Positions 9,650-18,413 of a stretch of 64,000 nucleotides of DNA are shown piece after piece. The DNA lies in assembly GCA_002011745.1 (NCBI GenBank), contig MTOU01000007.1:30036-94035 (forward strand). The letters are read 5' to 3'. A model generated the notes under the pieces. The model had not been told where the DNA came from, searched no databases, and saw only the letters and a program-made list of their open reading frames with translations. A program made the position numbers and the translations under genes. Origin of the DNA: Nitrospirae bacterium JdFR-85 (lineage in GTDB: Bacteria > Nitrospirota > Thermodesulfovibrionia > Thermodesulfovibrionales > JdFR-85). Numbering within the stretch: position 1 is the stretch's first letter; the number at the start of each line of letters is the position of its first letter.

Positions 9650-10018
9650 CTATGCTGACAAAATCACTGCTAAAACAGCTATAAGACCAAGTACAAATGC
9701 AAGAAATCCCAAAACATGTGTTTTGGTTGGGCTACTGTAGACTGTATCAGTTAACTCTTTATTGATATCACCTACATCCTCCAAGGCTTTAGTTAAATTA
9801 GGCAGGCGTCTATGCCAGATCTGCTGACTTTTATGATAACGTCTCATTGCTGATCTCGGCTTGAACATCAACCATATTCCTCCTATAGCAAAAATAACTC
9901 CTGTAACAAGGACAGCAACCTTTTCATTTGTCTCAAACTGCGCTTCTATAATCTGTCTAAGCACTACAACAATAATTATAGCTGTTGCATAAGCAATAAT
10001 CTTCTTAATTAATCTCAT
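9650..10018 (-). CDS. hypothetical 3-TM membrane protein, translationally coupled to the upstream papain-fold protein gene
   Basis: 122 aa with three hydrophobic segments. Its ATG overlaps the stop of 10015-10911 by 4 nt. Confidence 0.6.
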   Translation of the reverse strand: MRLIKKIIAYATAIIIVVVLRQIIEAQFETNEKVAVLVTGVIFAIGGIWLMFKPRSAMRRYHKSQQIWHRRLPNLTKALEDVGDINKELTDTVYSSPTKTHVLGFLAFVLGLIAVLAVILSA

Positions 10019-10911
10019 AATACTGAATCTTTAATCTTGGTCTTGGCTTTAATACCAAATACAGAGCCTTTAGAGGATTCTTCAATTTTTTGAATAATCA
10101 GAGGCAGCATCAAAATCAGAGGAATAATCCATATAGCATAAAAGGAACTCTTCTCTATAATCCATTTTTTTATATTACAGTATTCCTTTACTCCCTTTAG
10201 TATCCTATTTCCTTCCTTTCCATATATCTCAACCAACCTTAAAAGTGGTATGAAGGTTCCTACTTTTATAGCATGATCACTATAATCTAACTTGTCTTTA
10301 TAGTAACTCACAATAAGAGAAGGAGTTTTTTCGATTTGTGCAATATCATATGGAATTATAACTCCATAATCACCATCAAGAATCCACCATTTATCATTCT
10401 TAACTTCAGCCATTGCCACTACATGACCGGATAGGGCCACAATTCTACAGGGGACTTCTTTCTCCTCTAATATTCCGCATATTACAATTGCATGTTGAGA
10501 GCAGAGACCAACTCCACGTTCGAGTGCAAGCCGGTAGTCACAAAACTCGTATTTCTTGAAAACCTTTGGCATAAAATAGCTGGCCATAAAAAGCAGATAG
10601 TTCTTATAAAATGGCACTGTTAAATTATATTTAAATCGTCCATCGTCTCTCCAATAATGAGCCATATTTTTATTTACTGCAATCACTAATTTTCTGAAAA
10701 AATCTTCTCGGTCGGTTATCTCCTCATTCAAAATGTCACTAATAAGATATTCATAGGATCTATCTATATCGTTCTTAAAAAACACATGTTCTTCTTCATA
10801 TATTGCTTCATTTTTAAAAGGCATAAAAAGGCCATAAATATTTATTATCAAGAGTATGAGACCTATACTGAAAGAAATTTTTATTATTGAATAATTAAGC
10901 CCTCTTTGCAT
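10015..10911 (-). CDS. membrane protein with papain-fold (transglutaminase-like / C39-like) Cys-His-Asp peptidase domain
   Basis: 298 aa with N- and C-terminal TM segments. GLCSQHA (10489-10509) is followed by SGHVVAMAEVKNDKWWILDGD (10402-10431 covers SGHVVAMAEV). This gives the ordered Cys..His..Asp of papain-like or transglutaminase-like folds. Confidence 0.6.
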   Translation of the reverse strand: MQRGLNYSIIKISFSIGLILLIINIYGLFMPFKNEAIYEEEHVFFKNDIDRSYEYLISDILNEEITDREDFFRKLVIAVNKNMAHYWRDDGRFKYNLTVPFYKNYLLFMASYFMPKVFKKYEFCDYRLALERGVGLCSQHAIVICGILEEKEVPCRIVALSGHVVAMAEVKNDKWWILDGDYGVIIPYDIAQIEKTPSLIVSYYKDKLDYSDHAIKVGTFIPLLRLVEIYGKEGNRILKGVKEYCNIKKWIIEKSSFYAIWIIPLILMLPLIIQKIEESSKGSVFGIKAKTKIKDSVL

Positions 10912-11037
10912 CTTTTAACAACTCATTTCTGCTCTTCTGAAAATTTACAGACTCGCTATACAAAAACAATAAATGAGAACAGAGGGCTATGTCAAATCTT
11001 TCAATCCATCTTTTCCTCTCCATATTCATTTTAAATA

Positions 11038-11072
11038 GTGAGAAAGGGAAGCAAGGATTGCTTCCCTTTCTC
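11038..11072 (-). terminator. very strong hairpin 2 nt after the stop of the 709-aa C25-like gene
   Basis: TGAGAAAGGGAAGCAA-GGA-TTGCTTCCCTTTCTCA, perfectly self-complementary 16-nt arms. The minus-sense tail is ACTATTTAAAAT, only a partial T-run. Confidence 0.6.
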
Positions 11073-11074
11073 AG

Positions 11075-13204
11075 TTAAACTCTTATCTTTCTTTCAATAA
11101 ATCGATAGCCTGGAGCTGAAAAACACACAGAAACACTGCGAGGTCTTGCCCCCAGCCTTGGATTAAGCAATTTGAGATTCTTTAAGGGTAGCTTTATCTG
11201 TGTAGATGAAGTTTTTATTGTCTTGAGTATCCTATCTCCTTCAATAATGGTGATAACACTATCCTTCGGAACTTCGCTTAACTGAATAAGTAGATATCTA
11301 TTTCTTATTAATTTAACTATAAGACTAATAACTTTCGGAGATGACTTCCACAATTCTAAAGTAGGATCACCTATCACGTGATAAATTTCTAAATGATCCT
11401 TAACACCAGAATTCAGACCGTGTGCTACAAAAAGATACATCTTTGCATAGTTTAAAATATCTCCTAAACGATTATGCTTAATTGCATAACTGGCTGTAGT
11501 GCCGGGATAAGTAGGAATTACTCCAGGAAATAGAGCATCAAATAAGCCTTTTATCAGACTATCATTACGCCATGTCCCTGATACTCTGGTAGCTGCAATA
11601 AGTGAAGGAGCACCACCTTTCAGTTTCAACATAGCTTCTGCAAAGCTATCACTGGCTGCAGAAAGATCAAATCTTCCTGTTAAACAATTAATTGATAGAA
11701 AGATGGACGGATAGGCACTTGTTATAGCATCCAGGTTATCATTTGTAAAAGAAGGATGGGTCCATCCTGTAGAGTCTCCATGATCTCTATGTCCAACCAT
11801 CAGTTGTCCTTCTGCTGTTTCCGAAATAAGCATTTCTGTGGCTGTATCATCATCTACTATCGCATTTTTTACTTCAGGCGGCACATTAGTACCATCTTTG
11901 TATTGCTGAGGATTTGGATTGTTAGACACATATACCCGCTGTACCTCTTTCCCTATTGAAACCAAATGACTTCGTATGGCTTCCATTGTTTTAATATAAG
12001 CTCGATCTGCCTTACCATCTTGAGGATAATCATCCTGAAAGTAGGCTGCAACTGTCATTCTTTCATAATATAATGGATCACAAGGTGGAGTTTTTTCATA
12101 ACCTATGATCTGCTCTACCACATCTTGGGCCTCTTGTATAGTTTGTACAGGAATCCTTCCTATCGCAATCCACGGTGCTACACAGTCAGAACTATTTGAA
12201 GGGTCTTTTGGTGTGGAGTAATAGTAATCAGTAGCATTACCCGATACATTCTCTGTCACTATATGATTTGTATCACCAAACAATAGAACATATCGAAGTC
12301 TTGAAAAACAATGTTTCCTTTTATCTCTGATAAACTTTTTTATCTTATCTACTGTATTGCCAATATTTTTTATATCCACAATCTGCGTAGATATACCTTT
12401 GGTCCTCTTCCACTTGGACAGCTTTTCTGCAGCAGCTTTAAAGTTACTATGATATATAATGATAAATTCTGGTATAAATAGATATGGTGGTATTTCAATT
12501 AATGGTTTAATCACTCTTGCAGCCCCCCAAACTAACTTTCTCCTCGGGTTAAGTAAAAGATTACCAAAGCCTTCTCTTTCAAGTTCTGGATCTATTAAGG
12601 CAAAATCCCCCCTTTCATCTACATCGTCTTTTGATAAAAATTTAATAGTGATTGTTATATTTCCATATCCTCTGATTTTATGTTTAGCTGGATTGAATTG
12701 AAGAGGACATATTTCAACAAGGACAGCATTATATCCATCAACATCTTTTGGATCACTAATCTTTACAATATCCTTTGGATAAAACTCATCCTTTTTATAT
12801 GCTTCTTCATCAAACTCGAACTCGTGTTTTTCTTGACCATCCATGGCCTCTTCTTGAGCAGGAGTCACAAGGATATCATCAAAGATTACCTCACTTCCTT
12901 TCTCTACATTAACCTCGAGATTACAACCTTGAGGTACATTAACAAATCTTCTGAATACTGGCATAAGCGGTTTACCACTTTCTGAAACAAATCCTACACC
13001 ACTAATACCAACCTCCTTAAAGGAATACTTCTTGCCCTTAACATCTCGCTCATCATCTGAAAGATCAAACCCTGGAAAGATACAGGATATAGTAATATAG
13101 GTCTCTTCTTCTTTTACATCAATAATAGGTTCTGATCCATCAATTTCGATATCAAAATCATCTGAAAGTCCTGATGCATCAAGTGATTTAAATTCTTTTG
13201 CCAT
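11075..13204 (-). CDS. peptidase C25 (gingipain)-like clan-CD cysteine peptidase homologue, no signal peptide
   Basis: 709 aa, AAGGAGG RBS. The N-terminal region resembles a C25 propeptide (..LVEICPLQFNPAKHKIRGYGNITITIKF). The catalytic region has RYVLLFGD, IGRIPV, GHRDHGD (11774-11794) and SINCLTG (11675-11695). The N-terminus MAKEFKSLDASGLSDD is acidic and non-hydrophobic. Confidence 0.75.
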   Translation of the reverse strand: MAKEFKSLDASGLSDDFDIEIDGSEPIIDVKEEETYITISCIFPGFDLSDDERDVKGKKYSFKEVGISGVGFVSESGKPLMPVFRRFVNVPQGCNLEVNVEKGSEVIFDDILVTPAQEEAMDGQEKHEFEFDEEAYKKDEFYPKDIVKISDPKDVDGYNAVLVEICPLQFNPAKHKIRGYGNITITIKFLSKDDVDERGDFALIDPELEREGFGNLLLNPRRKLVWGAARVIKPLIEIPPYLFIPEFIIIYHSNFKAAAEKLSKWKRTKGISTQIVDIKNIGNTVDKIKKFIRDKRKHCFSRLRYVLLFGDTNHIVTENVSGNATDYYYSTPKDPSNSSDCVAPWIAIGRIPVQTIQEAQDVVEQIIGYEKTPPCDPLYYERMTVAAYFQDDYPQDGKADRAYIKTMEAIRSHLVSIGKEVQRVYVSNNPNPQQYKDGTNVPPEVKNAIVDDDTATEMLISETAEGQLMVGHRDHGDSTGWTHPSFTNDNLDAITSAYPSIFLSINCLTGRFDLSAASDSFAEAMLKLKGGAPSLIAATRVSGTWRNDSLIKGLFDALFPGVIPTYPGTTASYAIKHNRLGDILNYAKMYLFVAHGLNSGVKDHLEIYHVIGDPTLELWKSSPKVISLIVKLIRNRYLLIQLSEVPKDSVITIIEGDRILKTIKTSSTQIKLPLKNLKLLNPRLGARPRSVSVCFSAPGYRFIERKIRV

Positions 13205-13476
13205 GGTTTTACCTCCTTTCCCTTTTTCTTAGGATTAGGCAATTCTAAAGAAGTTTTTTCAGTAATTTTTCAAATACACAAACATCACCTCCCTTCTCAC
13301 CTTCGGATTTATCAATTGATATGTACCCGTAAAGAAAAAACTATCCGGAATCCTACAATAGACGGAAATCCTTGTGTGTTGAAGTGGTTTTTATTTCAGT
13401 TATTTTGCTATGATAGATTTTTTATACTTTACTCCTCTTTAATCCTTATATTCCCTCCACTAAGTATTGTTTAATT

Positions 13477-15141
13477 CTAAATCGTAAATCTAAAATACGA
13501 CCATGGTGACCAAGAACACATCTGTCCATCAACTTTTGCCCGAACTCGCCATCTCCCACGCTGTGCCCCAACAAAAGTAATATCAAGTGTATTGGTTGTA
13601 ATATTGTGATAGTTAAAACACCACCTACCTGTTTCTTCAGCCCATGTACCTGTAAAATAATCAACTTGAACATGATATTTTACCTTAGGTAGATTTACAG
13701 GGTCCCATCTGAGCTGTATTTTCCTAGGCCAGTGATCAAATACATCTTCTTTCTGCGGCTGCTTTAATTGTGGTACAACACCTTTCCACCACGTTAAAGT
13801 AGGGTCACCAAGTAGAACAAGTCCATAAAACCATTGACGTTCCCAGAGTTCATGATTAGGTCCCCGAGCTTTCCACCAGTCTACAAATGCATCTCCGATA
13901 CATTTACCCTGTCCTAATGGACGATAAAAATCTTCAAAGAAAAGCATCGATCCTGACTTAGCACTTGCAATTGCAACCAAACCAAGATTTTTACCACCAC
14001 CAACTTTATCGAAGATATACCAACCAGCTAAATAGTCAGGCGTTGTAAACTTGCCTGGTCCACAGCAAAATAAGTTAAAGAAATGAGAATTAGGTGGATT
14101 AGTATCTCTGAAATAAGTCGTTTGGACGTATTCGTTCTTACTCCCCACTCTTAAAGCATGTCCATGTGTCCAGGAATGTGCACATAGCTGAACCCAAGAA
14201 CGTAAGGAATTAACCTCTGCTTTGTAAAGATCAGCATCAGTAGTAGTAGGATCCGTGTACTTTGTAATTACCGATGCAGGGAACATCATATCAAAGGCAC
14301 AATCATCAAAACTTTGCCAATCATCATCCACAAAGGCAAGTGCTGAACGTGCATGACCTAACATTCCAAGACGGAATTTATGATTACGAGCAAAGTAATC
14401 ATTAATAAGAGATGCATCATTACCACCTGCAGTTGGAGTCCAAATGCGTCCTACCCAGATTTCTGGACTTAAGTTACCACTGTGATCATTAAATTTACCA
14501 TTACCATCAGGGTCACTCCACGTACCATTGGTATCCATATAATATAGATCACAAGGGAATTCAGAGTGCACACCGTGGAAATCATTAGCAAGCTCAAACC
14601 AGGGCACAGGAATTGCGCCAACTAACAGTACTCCTACGGGTCTGTATCGTTTAATATATGAACGAATATCATGTGGCGTTCCACCGCTAACCACATGAAT
14701 TGTTGCCCAGTAACCATCTCGTCCTACGTCAAGTACATATTGATCAATACTATTAGAAACTGCATTGTAGACAGCTCTATCAACCAATATAAGTAGATCT
14801 CCATTGGGATAATGACGTCTTGTCTTTCTGTTTAAGTAGGCTTCATCGCGAGGAAATCTTGGACGCCGTTTCCGATCAACTCTAAATTTTGCTTTAATCA
14901 ATTTTTTGTATTGTTTAAAATAATCAGCAAACATTTGATGTTTAATTGGTTTTTCAGAACGGAACTCAAGATTTTTAATATTAGCATAAGCTGAGGCAAG
15001 CTTGTATTCTTTAGAGAATGCTTTAAGATTAATAATCGTTCGGTCTTTCACCACTTCTCCTCGCAGAACTTCACCTTCTATTAATTTTTGACCCTTCTCA
15101 CAAATCAGCCTATGCTTCCAACTATTTTCTTTTCTTATCAT
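13477..15141 (-). CDS. C25-like / clan-CD cysteine peptidase homologue with basic N-terminal region and Fn3-like C-terminal domain, no signal peptide
   Basis: 554 aa, TAGGAGGTG RBS. Motifs: GVLLVGAIPVPW, VGRIW, CAHSWTHGH (14158-14178 covers HSWTHGH), FNLFCCGPG (14053-14070 covers FCCGPG) and LLGDPTL. The last ~90 aa are W-rich and beta-sandwich-like. Confidence 0.65.
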   Translation of the reverse strand: MIRKENSWKHRLICEKGQKLIEGEVLRGEVVKDRTIINLKAFSKEYKLASAYANIKNLEFRSEKPIKHQMFADYFKQYKKLIKAKFRVDRKRRPRFPRDEAYLNRKTRRHYPNGDLLILVDRAVYNAVSNSIDQYVLDVGRDGYWATIHVVSGGTPHDIRSYIKRYRPVGVLLVGAIPVPWFELANDFHGVHSEFPCDLYYMDTNGTWSDPDGNGKFNDHSGNLSPEIWVGRIWTPTAGGNDASLINDYFARNHKFRLGMLGHARSALAFVDDDWQSFDDCAFDMMFPASVITKYTDPTTTDADLYKAEVNSLRSWVQLCAHSWTHGHALRVGSKNEYVQTTYFRDTNPPNSHFFNLFCCGPGKFTTPDYLAGWYIFDKVGGGKNLGLVAIASAKSGSMLFFEDFYRPLGQGKCIGDAFVDWWKARGPNHELWERQWFYGLVLLGDPTLTWWKGVVPQLKQPQKEDVFDHWPRKIQLRWDPVNLPKVKYHVQVDYFTGTWAEETGRWCFNYHNITTNTLDITFVGAQRGRWRVRAKVDGQMCSWSPWSYFRFTI

Positions 15142-15442
15142 TTTTCACCTCCTATATAATTGCTCCCCTCTTGTGAAAAGATTATTAACCTGACCAGACA
15201 TTATAAAAACACTTTTTTATCAATATCAGTCCTCTCAATCAATGGAAATTTACTCCCTCCTTCAACCTCTTCTTTTCCTCGCTTTTATATCCTGTTATTG
15301 GTAGGATTTACTACCCATTTTTAACTTGCTATGATATCTGACAAACTTCCCCCTTTATCTTTCTGTACATAAAATTACTCCTTTACAAAGAAACTACAAA
15401 ACTTTTACTCTTCCCTCCCTTTAATTGATCAAAATTGATTAA

Positions 15443-15471
15443 ATTATATCATGAGAAATGAGGGTTGTCAA
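15443..15471 (-). promoter_or_regulatory. consensus sigma70 promoter driving a leader of roughly 295 nt for the 554-aa C25-like gene
   Basis: Minus-sense TTGACA (15471-15466), a 17-nt spacer, then TATAAT (15448-15443). Both hexamers match consensus perfectly. Confidence 0.65.
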
Positions 15472-15667
15472 GATAAAGTTTTTTATTCTTGTTTGTCCTC
15501 AGATAAAGACTCAATATCTCCAAAATTGCTACAATGGTTGCAGTTGACATTTTTATGCCTTTTTCTATCTTTTAACAGAAAAGTTAGTTTTTCAGCAAGC
15601 TTGAAATTACAAAGTCTCTAAAGATGATTTCATTATTTGCCGATATGATTAACCAGAGGCACAAGAA

Positions 15668-16717
15668 ATGATATTCAGAGTATTTGAGAAAGAGGAACTA
15701 AAGAAACTCGTAGAGTTGCTCATTGCACACAACAGGGTTGTTGGGCCTGTGGAGGCAGGAAAGGACAGCAGTGGCATACCCATTTATGCATTTGGTGAGA
15801 TCTTTGAGTTCAAGGACCTCAGGCTGAATTATACTACCACAAAACTATCAGCAAAAAAGTACTTCCTGCCATTTAAGGAAGAATTGGCAACCTTCAGGAT
15901 GGATACCATGAACTGGCAGAAGGAGATCAATTACAATGTGAAAAGCCCCCTGATACTGTTTGGTCTCCATCCCTGTGATATAAATGCATTGAATAAACTC
16001 GACAAGGTCCTTATTCACAGTGATTATCCCATGCCCTATTATCTTGCAAAGAGGAAGAACACATTCATAGTAGGTGTCAATTGTGAACCACAGCCATCAT
16101 GTTTCTGCCGCTCTATGGGTACTGATACTGCCATGCATGGATTTGACCTATTTATTACTGACCTGGGGAATAGGTATTTTGCAGAGATCCATACTGACAC
16201 AGCATATAATTTCTTAAAACACATTAAAACTACTGAACCATGCGAGGATGATCACGTCAGGTACATGAAGATCGTGAGTGAGAGGAATAAAAAATTCGTC
16301 ACCTATGTGGACACCACGGATCTCATGAAGATACTCGATATGGAATTCCAGTCAGAGGTGTGGAAGCACTGGGGTGACAGGTGTCTTGCCTGCGGGACAT
16401 GCTCAAGTGTATGTCCGACCTGTTACTGTTATGGGGTTGAAGAGAGTGTGGATATTGATCTTAAAAGAGCAAGGAAGCTCAAGATGCTCTATTCCTGTAA
16501 TCTCATAGACTTTGCTGAGGTAGCAGGGGGACATAATTTTCGTCCTGAGAGATCCACACGGCTTAAATACAGGTATTATCACAAACACAGGGGGTTTGTA
16601 GAGGCCTTTGAGGAGTCCCTATGTGTTGGTTGTGGCAGATGTGGTGAGGCATGTCTTGCAGAGATAAGAGTCCCTGATGTGATAAACAGTGTACGGTCCA
16701 ATGGGGTGAGGGTATGA
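15668..16717 (+). CDS. sulfhydrogenase-type [NiFe] hydrogenase beta subunit (AsrA-like 4Fe-4S protein)
   Basis: 349 aa with CLACGTCSSVCPTCYC and CVGCGRCGEAC ferredoxin-type motifs. It is the first gene of a 4-gene overlapping operon. Confidence 0.8.
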   Translation: MIFRVFEKEELKKLVELLIAHNRVVGPVEAGKDSSGIPIYAFGEIFEFKDLRLNYTTTKLSAKKYFLPFKEELATFRMDTMNWQKEINYNVKSPLILFGLHPCDINALNKLDKVLIHSDYPMPYYLAKRKNTFIVGVNCEPQPSCFCRSMGTDTAMHGFDLFITDLGNRYFAEIHTDTAYNFLKHIKTTEPCEDDHVRYMKIVSERNKKFVTYVDTTDLMKILDMEFQSEVWKHWGDRCLACGTCSSVCPTCYCYGVEESVDIDLKRARKLKMLYSCNLIDFAEVAGGHNFRPERSTRLKYRYYHKHRGFVEAFEESLCVGCGRCGEACLAEIRVPDVINSVRSNGVRV

Positions 16718-17619
16718 TATCTCAATTGAAACTGATTGACATAACCAAATCATCAATGGCTGAAAAGAGGGTGGGAGACCTCTCACGCTTTGAATACTCA
16801 TATAAGGCAGAAATCATGAGTGTATACCGCCTCACAGAAAAGGAGACACTTTACAGGATCCAGATAATCGACCCTGAAGAGCGGAGGCGGTTCAGTTTTA
16901 CACCGGGTCAGTTTGTAATGCTTGAATTACCAGGGATTGATGAGGCACCATTTTCTATCTCCTCATCTCCAAGTATCAGGGGAGAGATAGAGTTGTGCAT
17001 AAGGCGGGTCGGAAATCTCACGAATTTCCTTGCAAGGGTAAAACGGGGCACAATTGTTGGCATTCGTGGTCCCTTTGGCAAAGGTTTCCCAATGGAGGAG
17101 ATGCACGGGCAGAATATACTACTGGTAGCAGGTGGACTCGGACTTGCTCCTCTACGGTCTCCCATATTCTATGTGATTGAGAATCGGAGCCGTTTTGAAG
17201 AAGTAAATATAGTCTATGGTACAAAGTCACCTGATCAACTGCTCTTTACCTATCAATATGAGATGTGGCAGAAGGATGATATCAATCTCAATATCATTGT
17301 GGAAAAACCAGACAAGAAATGGAAAGGGCCTGTAGGTCTCATAACTGATTCACTCAGGGAGATACTTTCAGGAAGGGATAAGGAGTTTTATCAGAATACA
17401 TATGCGATTGTCTGTGGGCCTCCAGTGATGTTCAAGTTTGTCTGCAACATGTTAAATGAATTTCATATTCCCATGCAGAAGATGTTTGTCTCTCTGGAAA
17501 GACGCATGCACTGCGGTATGGGAAAGTGCTGCCGCTGTAATGTGGGCTCAACATACACCTGTCTTAAAGGCCCTGTCTTTGATTATTGGACTGTTATGAA
17601 CCTCAAGGAGGCAATCTGA
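16714..17619 (+). CDS. sulfhydrogenase-type hydrogenase gamma subunit (FAD/NAD(P)-binding, C-terminal 2Fe-2S)
   Basis: 301 aa. FTPGQFVML and LLVAGGLGLAP oxidoreductase motifs, with C-terminal CGMGKCCRCNVG...C. It overlaps the upstream gene by 4 nt. Confidence 0.8.
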   Translation: MISQLKLIDITKSSMAEKRVGDLSRFEYSYKAEIMSVYRLTEKETLYRIQIIDPEERRRFSFTPGQFVMLELPGIDEAPFSISSSPSIRGEIELCIRRVGNLTNFLARVKRGTIVGIRGPFGKGFPMEEMHGQNILLVAGGLGLAPLRSPIFYVIENRSRFEEVNIVYGTKSPDQLLFTYQYEMWQKDDINLNIIVEKPDKKWKGPVGLITDSLREILSGRDKEFYQNTYAIVCGPPVMFKFVCNMLNEFHIPMQKMFVSLERRMHCGMGKCCRCNVGSTYTCLKGPVFDYWTVMNLKEAI

Positions 17620-17621
17620 TT

Positions 17622-18413
17622 GTGGATGGTGAGGTAAGGACATACCTTGGTGTTCCCCTTTATCGGCCAAAGGTGGCATTCTTTGAATTCACATCCTGTG
17701 AGGGGTGCCAGCTCCAGATCCTGAACAATGAGGTCAATCTACTGGACTTTTTCTCTCTCATAGAGGTGGTGAACTTCCGTGAGGTAATGACCGAACGATC
17801 TGATGATTATGAGATTGCCTTTGTAGAGGGAAGCATTACCACAGATAATGAGATAAAGAGACTCAAGAGAATTCGCAGACAGGCAAAGATGCTCATTGCC
17901 TTTGGATCATGTGCATGTTTTGGAGGTGTTAATCAGTTAAAGAACAGATTCAGAGACCTGGATTATGTAAAGAGAGAGGTGTATGGAGAGCATCCTGTGG
18001 AGAGTAAAAAGGTGAGAGCGATTGATGAGATTGTGGATGTGGATCTGAGGATATATGGCTGTCCTGTGAGGAAAGAAGAGGTTGAGAAGATCGTGCTCCA
18101 CATAGCCCTTGGTAAGTCACTCACTGTACCAAAGTATCCTGTTTGTGTGGAATGCAAGGCAAATGAAAATATCTGCCTATTTGATCTGGGAGAGCCATGC
18201 CTTGGCCCTATCACCAGGGCAGGGTGTAATGCATGGTGTCCTACTAACAGGGCTGGATGCTGGGGTTGTAGGGGACCTGCTGAGGATGTAAACATGGAGG
18301 AGATGCTCAGGATCATGAAGGGGCATGGTTTTTCAGAGGAGACAATAATGGACAGGCTTGAGTGTTTTGGAGGATTCTCACCAGTGAAGATACCTGAGGA
18401 GAGCATAAGATGA
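17622..18413 (+). CDS. [NiFe] hydrogenase small (delta) subunit
   Basis: FEFTSCEGCQ and GSCACFGG Fe-S ligand motifs. I prefer the in-frame GTG at 17622, 10 nt after AAGGAGG and just after the upstream stop, over the track's TTG at 17586. Confidence 0.8.
   Translation: MDGEVRTYLGVPLYRPKVAFFEFTSCEGCQLQILNNEVNLLDFFSLIEVVNFREVMTERSDDYEIAFVEGSITTDNEIKRLKRIRRQAKMLIAFGSCACFGGVNQLKNRFRDLDYVKREVYGEHPVESKKVRAIDEIVDVDLRIYGCPVRKEEVEKIVLHIALGKSLTVPKYPVCVECKANENICLFDLGEPCLGPITRAGCNAWCPTNRAGCWGCRGPAEDVNMEEMLRIMKGHGFSEETIMDRLECFGGFSPVKIPEESIR

Noticed and set aside
10892-11029. 46-codon minus-strand ORF (MNMERKRWIERFDIALCSH...) between the C25-like gene hairpin and the papain-fold gene
   Set aside because: It has no SD before either ATG, starts inside the tail of the terminator and overlaps the start of the 298-aa gene out of frame. 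I treat it as a chance ORF in AT-rich sequence.
15185-15241. 18-codon uORF (MSGQVNNLFTRGEQLYRR) overlapping the RBS of the 554-aa C25-like gene, and an 8-codon ORF (MFVYLKNY) in the other leader (about 13280-13256)
   Set aside because: The first has no SD. The second has its ATG only 2 nt from the GGAGG, too close for initiation. Only the 13-codon uORF with a properly spaced AAAGGAG is kept as an observation.
13404-15347. GCTATGAT half-sites upstream of both C25-like genes (13407-13416 and 15328-15337 region) as additional copies of the hcp palindrome operator
   Set aside because: Only one half of the hcp 10-4-10 palindrome is present at each place, and the second half-site 4 nt away is absent. 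The match may equally be part of the duplicated leader block TATCATAGCAA, so a common regulator is not supported.
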